64,000 nucleotides of DNA from positions 768,001-832,000 of the forward strand of contig CAVYJM010000006.1 of NCBI GenBank assembly GCA_963768855.1, written 5' to 3'. Of the stretch, positions 58,607 to 64,000 are shown one piece after another. Under the pieces are notes generated by a model. That model saw only the letters and a program-made list of their open reading frames with translations. It ran no database searches and was not told the DNA's origin. Each line of letters opens with the position of its first letter. The stretch's first letter is position 1. Source of the stretch: an uncultured Thermoplasmata archaeon. GTDB lineage: Archaea > Thermoplasmatota > Thermoplasmata > RBG-16-68-12. The position numbers and the translations under genes were made by a program.

Positions 58607-59280
58607 CCCAATCGCTCCAGTCGTTCGACCAAGTCCTTCGGTTCCAGTTCCGTGCGCGCCAGGAGGATGTTGTCCATCTCCGCGAGCTTGACGGCCAGCT
58701 CGTCGATGTTCTCCGGTTGGATGTACACCACCATGGCCGGCTTGAGCGGGTGCGCCTTCACGGCGATCATGGGCGAGCGCCCGTACTTCACGCCGGTGAA
58801 GAGCAGGGCCCGCTCCGACGTGGTGCCGTAGATCTTGAGATAGTCGTTCGCGTCGAACGTCGTGATGGCCTTGATGGAATCGATGACCGTGTACCCGTTC
58901 ACGAGGCGCCGCGTGTTCATGCCGCTCGTCAGCAGCTTGCCCTCGATCTTGCGAAGGAAGTCCGCGGCCCGCATCCCGACGGGCCAGTCCCGCATGGACG
59001 GGATGACGTCGTTGTACTCTTCGAACCGCCTCGACAGCCGCCGTCCGGACCGCTGGTCGACCTCCAGGAAGGCGTCCACGAGCCGGTGGACCGTCTTGAT
59101 CCCGGGCGAGGTCCGTCGGCCCGCCTCGTAGTCGCTGATCACGCTCGGCGAGACGTGCATGTGGCGGGCGAGTTCGGTCTGGGAGATGTGGAGCTCCTCC
59201 CGCCACTTCCGCATCGTGCGGCCGGGGGACTCGGAGAGGACGATCTCACCCGCGATCTTCTCTCGGAGCGGGAGCTCCAT
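58603..59280 (-). CDS. Archaeal XRE-HTH transcriptional regulator
   Basis: [15 protein letters not shown]...[19 protein letters not shown]; TTATATA 25 nt upstream. Confidence 0.85.
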   Translation of the reverse strand: MELPLREKIAGEIVLSESPGRTMRKWREELHISQTELARHMHVSPSVISDYEAGRRTSPGIKTVHRLVDAFLEVDQRSGRRLSRRFEEYNDVIPSMRDWPVGMRAADFLRKIEGKLLTSGMNTRRLVNGYTVIDSIKAITTFDANDYLKIYGTTSERALLFTGVKYGRSPMIAVKAHPLKPAMVVYIQPENIDELAVKLAEMDNILLARTELEPKDLVERLERLG

Positions 59281-59382
59281 GGGGCGGTCCGAGACCCCGA
59301 GACGTATATAAGCGTGTCGAAGATGTCATCGGCGCCCGACGAAACGACGGGGTCGGTGCGCCCTCCGTCTCCGGGGCCACGC

Positions 59383-60801
59383 TCACGTCGTGCTGGCCTG
59401 GTATCCTTCCGCGATCCGACGTCGAACATCCGGGTTGAGCAGGTTCCCGAGGACCACCTTTCGGCCCGTGCGGTTCGATCCCATCATGCGCACGAAGTCC
59501 TTCAGGCCACCCTTGCTCTTCCATCCCTGGATGTGCGCGGCGTAGGCCGCTTCGGAGAGCTTCCCTAGGAGTTCCTGCGGCAATCCGTTCTCGTGGTACT
59601 CCCAGATCCGATGGTTCCGCTTCCAGTCGTCCGGAGCCACGAGGCCCTCGTCTACGAGGTCGTCCCAGATCGGAGTCCCGACAAGGCAATCGAGGATGTT
59701 CACTTGCACCGCGTGAGGCCGGAGGTCGCGGATGAAATCGATCGTCCGCTGGATGTCCTCGCGCTTCTCCACCGGGGCACCGATGATGAAGGACGTCACG
59801 ACGATCATCCCGGCGCGCTTCGCGTCCGCGACCGCTCGCTGGGCTTGGATCGCACGGATCCCCTTCTTGTAGTAATTCAGGACATGGGGCGTGGGGCTCT
59901 CCACTCCGAAGTACATCACGTCGAATCCGGCGCGCTTCATCGTCCGAAGGAGCTCGTAGGGCGCGTTGTCGACCCGCCCCTCGCAGTACAAGCGCATGCG
60001 GATCCTGCGCTCGCGGATCTGCTCGCAGATCTCCGTGACCCGGCTCTTCTTTAGGGTGAAGTTGTCGTCCACGAAGACCACGTTCTCGTAGCCTTGCTCG
60101 TGCAGGTCCTCGAGCTCGTCCACGACGTTCGTGGCGGTGCGAGCCCGCCACCGGCGCTGGGAGAAGGCAGCGCAGGAGCAGTAGGTGCAGGCGAACGGGC
60201 AGCCGCGGGACGACACGATCGTCGTGAACTTGCCGAACGTGAGCCGGATCTTCTCATGGAAGTAGCCGTACTCGAGGTCCCCGAGCATGCGCCGATCCGG
60301 CGCGGGGAGCGAGTCCAGGTCCTTGATGACGGCCAGCGGCTGGCTCACCAGGTTTCCGTCGCGCAGATAGCTGATGCCCTCGACGTCGGACGGCTCCTTG
60401 TCCTGCTCAAGGCGATCGAGGAGGTCCGGGAACGCGCGCTCGGCCTCCCCCTTGATCACGTATTCGACGAACGGATAGTCCCGCAGGATCTTCTCCGCGG
60501 CGAAGGTCGAGTGGTACCCGCCCATGACGAGCGTGGTCTCGGGCCTCGCCTCGTGGATCTTGCGGAGGGCTTCGATGGCTTCGAGGAAGGTGTGGGTCGA
60601 GCAGTTGATCCCGAAGACGTCCGGCCGCTCGCGTGCGACGTGCGCGGCGAGCTCGTCCCCGCTGAGGTTGCGGCAGAACGCGTCGAGGACCTGCACGTCC
60701 TCGCGTCGGCGGGCGCGGAGGCTCGACGCGATGTAGAGGAGGCCCAGGGGCGGCCACAGTTCGGTCGTCTTCCCCGGAGGGGTGGACAGGAGCACTTTCA
60801 T
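59383..60801 (-). CDS. B12-binding radical SAM enzyme (class B-like)
   Basis: PPLGLLYIAS, GGYHST, GEAE, SRGCPFACTYC, FVDDNF, GVES. Confidence 0.9.
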   Translation of the reverse strand: MKVLLSTPPGKTTELWPPLGLLYIASSLRARRREDVQVLDAFCRNLSGDELAAHVARERPDVFGINCSTHTFLEAIEALRKIHEARPETTLVMGGYHSTFAAEKILRDYPFVEYVIKGEAERAFPDLLDRLEQDKEPSDVEGISYLRDGNLVSQPLAVIKDLDSLPAPDRRMLGDLEYGYFHEKIRLTFGKFTTIVSSRGCPFACTYCSCAAFSQRRWRARTATNVVDELEDLHEQGYENVVFVDDNFTLKKSRVTEICEQIRERRIRMRLYCEGRVDNAPYELLRTMKRAGFDVMYFGVESPTPHVLNYYKKGIRAIQAQRAVADAKRAGMIVVTSFIIGAPVEKREDIQRTIDFIRDLRPHAVQVNILDCLVGTPIWDDLVDEGLVAPDDWKRNHRIWEYHENGLPQELLGKLSEAAYAAHIQGWKSKGGLKDFVRMMGSNRTGRKVVLGNLLNPDVRRRIAEGYQASTT

Positions 60802-60956
60802 GATCGGGGTCCGAGGTCGCCGCCGCGGCATCTCTCGCGTCCTTTGACGGAGGCGGGGCAGCCGCTGGTTGGGGCCTCTAGGCGCACAGCCGGAACCGCG
60901 GGTAAGAACACTCCGTACATTCTATGGGTGTAGTCCTGGGCAGGCGCCGCCCGTCC

Positions 60957-61364
60957 CTAGAGGCCCAGGAGGGCGTCGAGGGACCAGGCTCCCGCGCCGA
61001 GGAGGACGAGGGCGAGCGCCCCCGCCAGGTAGAGGAGGTCCATCTCCCAGCCTCCGATCAGCTTCTTGCTCAGCTTCTTCCGGGCGAAGATCGTGGTCGC
61101 GATCATCTCGAGGCCGAAGAGGACGCCCACAACCCGGGTGAGGAGCCCCGCGACCAGGACGATGCCGCCAAGGAACTCGAGGACCGTGAAGACGTAGGCG
61201 AACCCCGTGGCCCATGCCCATCCCGTGCTGGCGACCCAGGAGGCCGTCTGCCTGGGATTCTTGATCTTGGGCCAGCCATGGAGGATCATGAGGCCCCCGA
61301 CGGCGAGCCGCAACACGAGCGAGGCGAGGTCCGTCGATTGCAGGAAGCCGAATGCGCTCATCAT
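60957..61364 (-). CDS. DoxX family membrane protein
   Basis: LRLAVGGLMILHGWPK, LEFLGG, GWEMD, GAGAWSLD. Confidence 0.88.
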   Translation of the reverse strand: MMSAFGFLQSTDLASLVLRLAVGGLMILHGWPKIKNPRQTASWVASTGWAWATGFAYVFTVLEFLGGIVLVAGLLTRVVGVLFGLEMIATTIFARKKLSKKLIGGWEMDLLYLAGALALVLLGAGAWSLDALLGL

Positions 61365-61420
61365 TTCGGCGAAGCGTCTGGTCCCTAAATCCTTTGCGTG
61401 TCCGACGGGAACCGCAACAC

Positions 61421-62032
61421 TCAAGTCCTTTTGCGGGCCGCCCTCTCGATGCGCTCGTACTTCTCTAGGTACAGCCGCTCGCAGGAGTGGCAGCAGAAGT
61501 AGTGGTACCGGCCGTCGCGTCGCACCTTCACGGGCTCGTCGTGGATCGGCCCCTTGCACTCGAAGCAGACGAGGCTCGTCGAAAGCCGATTGGACAAGAC
61601 GGCTGCCGGCTCGTCCTTCACGCTCTTCAAGCCCACGTATGGCTGGACGTTGACGACGTCGGGGAGCGAGGAGACCTCGTGGACAATCTGCTCGACCTCT
61701 TCTCGCCGCACGGCCGTCGGGTCGACGAGGATCCATCCCGGACGGCCTGTGAGGACCCGTCGTGCCCAGCCGGATTCCGCGATCCTCGCGGCGACCGCGT
61801 CAGCCGCTTGGCGTCGCGTCTTGACGACCAGGGCCACGGTCGTCTCGTTGAGGCGCTCGGGATCCAGGACCGCCCGGTACCCTCGTACGATGCCGAGATT
61901 CTCCAGGTTCCTAAGGCGGGTACTCACCGTCGGCACGCTCACCCCGACTCGCTTTGCGACGGTCCGCAGGGAGGCTCGGGCGTCCTCCTGAAGACAACGA
62001 AGAATCGCGGCGTCCGTGGCGTCGAGCTTCAA
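61421..62032 (-). CDS. Lrp/AsnC family regulator with C-terminal TRASH-like metal-binding domain
   Basis: LDATDAAILRCLQEDAR HTH; CFECKG...YFCCHSC; TTG about 25 nt after TTTAAG. Confidence 0.85.
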   Translation of the reverse strand: MKLDATDAAILRCLQEDARASLRTVAKRVGVSVPTVSTRLRNLENLGIVRGYRAVLDPERLNETTVALVVKTRRQAADAVAARIAESGWARRVLTGRPGWILVDPTAVRREEVEQIVHEVSSLPDVVNVQPYVGLKSVKDEPAAVLSNRLSTSLVCFECKGPIHDEPVKVRRDGRYHYFCCHSCERLYLEKYERIERAARKRT

Positions 62033-62134
62033 CGTCGAGGGATGGCTTCGGTGGCCCTTAAAGTTCCTTTGCATCCGAGGCCGCACAATCTTATACCCGT
62101 GGCTCGGGCTTAAGCGGACCCTGCGTGGGGAGCG

Positions 62135-63529
62135 GTGTCGTCGGTGACGATGGTCCAGGAGCTCGCGGAGTTCGTCGTCGCCAGTTCGTTCGACGATCTC
62201 TCGGACGCCGCCGTCGACGCCCTGAAGATCCGGATGCTCGACGGTCTCGGGTGCGCAATCGGGGCCCTCGATGGCCAACCCATCCGCGCCCTGCGCGACC
62301 ATCTCGCCGACTTCGGCGGACGTCCGCTGTGCACGACGATCGGCGGGCCGAAGAACGCGCCAGACCGCGCCGCGCTGATCAACGGAGCGCTCGTCCGGTA
62401 CCTTGACTTCAATGATAGCTACCTCGCGAAGGGGGAGACGTGCCACCCGAGCGACAACCTCGGTGCGATGCTCGCCGCGGCGGAATATGCGAAGGGAAGC
62501 GGGATGGACCTCCTCGTCTCCCTCGCGGTGGCCTACCAGGTCCAGTGCCGCCTGAGCGACGTGGCTCCCGTGCGGGCGAAGGGCTTCGACCACACGACCC
62601 AGGGATCGTACGCCGTCGCCGCTGGCGCGTCGAAGGCCCTCGGGCTTGACGCAGTCCGGACCGCGAACGCGATCGCGATCAGCGGGACCGCATTCAACGC
62701 GCTGCGGGTGACCCGCACCGGCACGCTCTCGAACTGGAAGGGCCTCGCCTACCCGAACACCGGATTCTGCGGCACGCACGCGACGTTCCTCGCCAAGCAC
62801 GGGATCACCGGACCCCTGGAGGTCTTCGAGGGGAACAAGGGGTTCATGGACGCGATCGCCGGGAGGTTCGCCATCGACTGGTCCGCGGAGGATCTCGAGC
62901 GCGTCACGCGCACGATCGTCAAGCGCTTCAACGCGGAGGTCCACTCCCAGTCCGCGACGGAGGGCATCCTCGAGCTCCAGGCGGAAGCGGGCTTCGCGGG
63001 AAGCGACGTCGACCGGATCGAGATTGACATCTTCAACGTGGCCTACGACATCATCGGAGGAGGCGAGGAAGGGTCGAAGTACGGGGTCCGGACGAAGGAG
63101 GAGGCCGACCACAGCCTCCAGTACATCGTCTCCGCCGCGATCCTGGACGGCAACGTCCTGCCTTCTGCGTACGCTCCCGCGCGGATCCTGCGCGAGGACA
63201 TCCAGCAGCTCCACCGCAAGGTCGTCGTCCGCCCGAAGAAGGAGTACAGCGACCGCTTCCCGGGCGAGATGCCGTGCCACCTGACGGTCCACCTGAAGGA
63301 CGGCCGCATCCTGGAGAAGGAGAAGCGGGACTACGAGGGCTTCGTCACGCGCCCGATGACCCGGGCGACGGCAGAGGCGAAGTTCCACGCCCTCGCCTCG
63401 CCCTTCGCCTCGGCGGCCCTCCGGAAGCAGATCACCGAGTCCGTGTCGAATCTGGAGAACCTTCAAGCGTCGGACTTGCTCAAGCTCCTCGCGAAGATAC
63501 CGAAGCGTGGCGGGGGGCGGTCGTCATGA
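62135..63529 (+). CDS. MmgE/PrpD family dehydratase
   Basis: HPSDNLG, GFDH, WKG, ADHS. Confidence 0.88.
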   Translation: MSSVTMVQELAEFVVASSFDDLSDAAVDALKIRMLDGLGCAIGALDGQPIRALRDHLADFGGRPLCTTIGGPKNAPDRAALINGALVRYLDFNDSYLAKGETCHPSDNLGAMLAAAEYAKGSGMDLLVSLAVAYQVQCRLSDVAPVRAKGFDHTTQGSYAVAAGASKALGLDAVRTANAIAISGTAFNALRVTRTGTLSNWKGLAYPNTGFCGTHATFLAKHGITGPLEVFEGNKGFMDAIAGRFAIDWSAEDLERVTRTIVKRFNAEVHSQSATEGILELQAEAGFAGSDVDRIEIDIFNVAYDIIGGGEEGSKYGVRTKEEADHSLQYIVSAAILDGNVLPSAYAPARILREDIQQLHRKVVVRPKKEYSDRFPGEMPCHLTVHLKDGRILEKEKRDYEGFVTRPMTRATAEAKFHALASPFASAALRKQITESVSNLENLQASDLLKLLAKIPKRGGGRSS

Positions 63530-64000
63530 GTCCCAAGACAACCTCGAAGGCATGGCAGGAGCAGGAGCGCGCGTTCAGCTGGGTCAAGCGGAACGATCGG
63601 CAGGGGAAACCGCGGACGAAAGGCCTCACGGAGATCCGGGGACCGTACTACTCCGTCATGGGGCCGCGGTACCTCGAGGACGTCCTCGAGACCGCCGGAG
63701 ACTACGTCGACTCGCTGAAGTTCGCTGCAGGTTCGTTCAGCGTGATCCCGAAGAAGTCGCTGCGGCAGCTCCTCGACCTCGCTCACTCTTATGACGTTCA
63801 GGCGTCGACCGGTGGCTGGATCGAGTACGTCCTCACGCAGGGCAAGAAAGCCGTGGACCGCTACATCGAGGAGGTCAAGTCAGTCGGTTTCGACATCCTT
63901 GAGATCTCCGCAGGTTTCATCTCCATCCCGATTGACGACTGGGTCGGGCTCGTGGAGCGGGTGAAAGACGAGGGCCTCAAGCCCAAGCCTGAGGTCGGGA
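63526..64000 (+). CDS. Phosphosulfolactate synthase (ComA)/HSA32-like protein, 3'-partial
   Basis: Translated by hand: KPRTKGLTEIRGPYY, DYVDSLKFAAGS, STGGWIE, LEISAG; ATGA overlap with prpD. Confidence 0.82.
   Translation, partial: MSPKTTSKAWQEQERAFSWVKRNDRQGKPRTKGLTEIRGPYYSVMGPRYLEDVLETAGDYVDSLKFAAGSFSVIPKKSLRQLLDLAHSYDVQASTGGWIEYVLTQGKKAVDRYIEEVKSVGFDILEISAGFISIPIDDWVGLVERVKDEGLKPKPEVG

Noticed and set aside
1439-63466. Many long antisense or alternate-frame ORFs (for example 1439-2908, 16926-18731, 33742-35862)
   Set aside because: Arg/Pro/Gly-rich shadows of motif-bearing genes, expected at this GC content
1-64000. CRISPR array, IS elements, rRNA
   Set aside because: No regularly spaced repeats, transposase/integrase motifs or rRNA signatures were seen

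Overview
High-GC archaeal chromosomal segment, most likely a Thermoplasmata lineage (inferred from rpo11/rpoL, the HMG-CoA synthase-thiolase-DUF35 cluster, TATA-type promoters and a tRNA-Leu(CAA) with no encoded CCA). No CRISPR array, integrase, transposase or rRNA was seen. The left 35 kb hold a large methyl-group harvesting region: five pyrrolysine-free MttB-superfamily methyltransferases (one frameshifted), one corrinoid protein, a RACo-type corrinoid activator, a MeTHF:corrinoid methyltransferase, MetV/MetF-type MTHFR, a core (MesA-like) methionine synthase, a quaternary-amine-type Rieske oxygenase, three PYROXD2/CrtI-like flavoproteins, a GcvT-like folate-binding protein and a class III aminotransferase. 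This looks like a folate-linked, acetogen-style methyltransferase system in an archaeon, with no methanogenesis genes in the window. The rest is an unusual peptide ABC transporter, acyl-CoA metabolism, housekeeping genes and hypotheticals. Smaller oddities include near-cognate start codons (ACG twice, ATC once), each exactly 7 nt after GGAGG; an ABC ATPase with a transmembrane insertion; an M29 peptidase homolog lacking its metal ligands; and a structured leader before the MTHFR operon. All family assignments come from motif recognition by eye; no searches were run.
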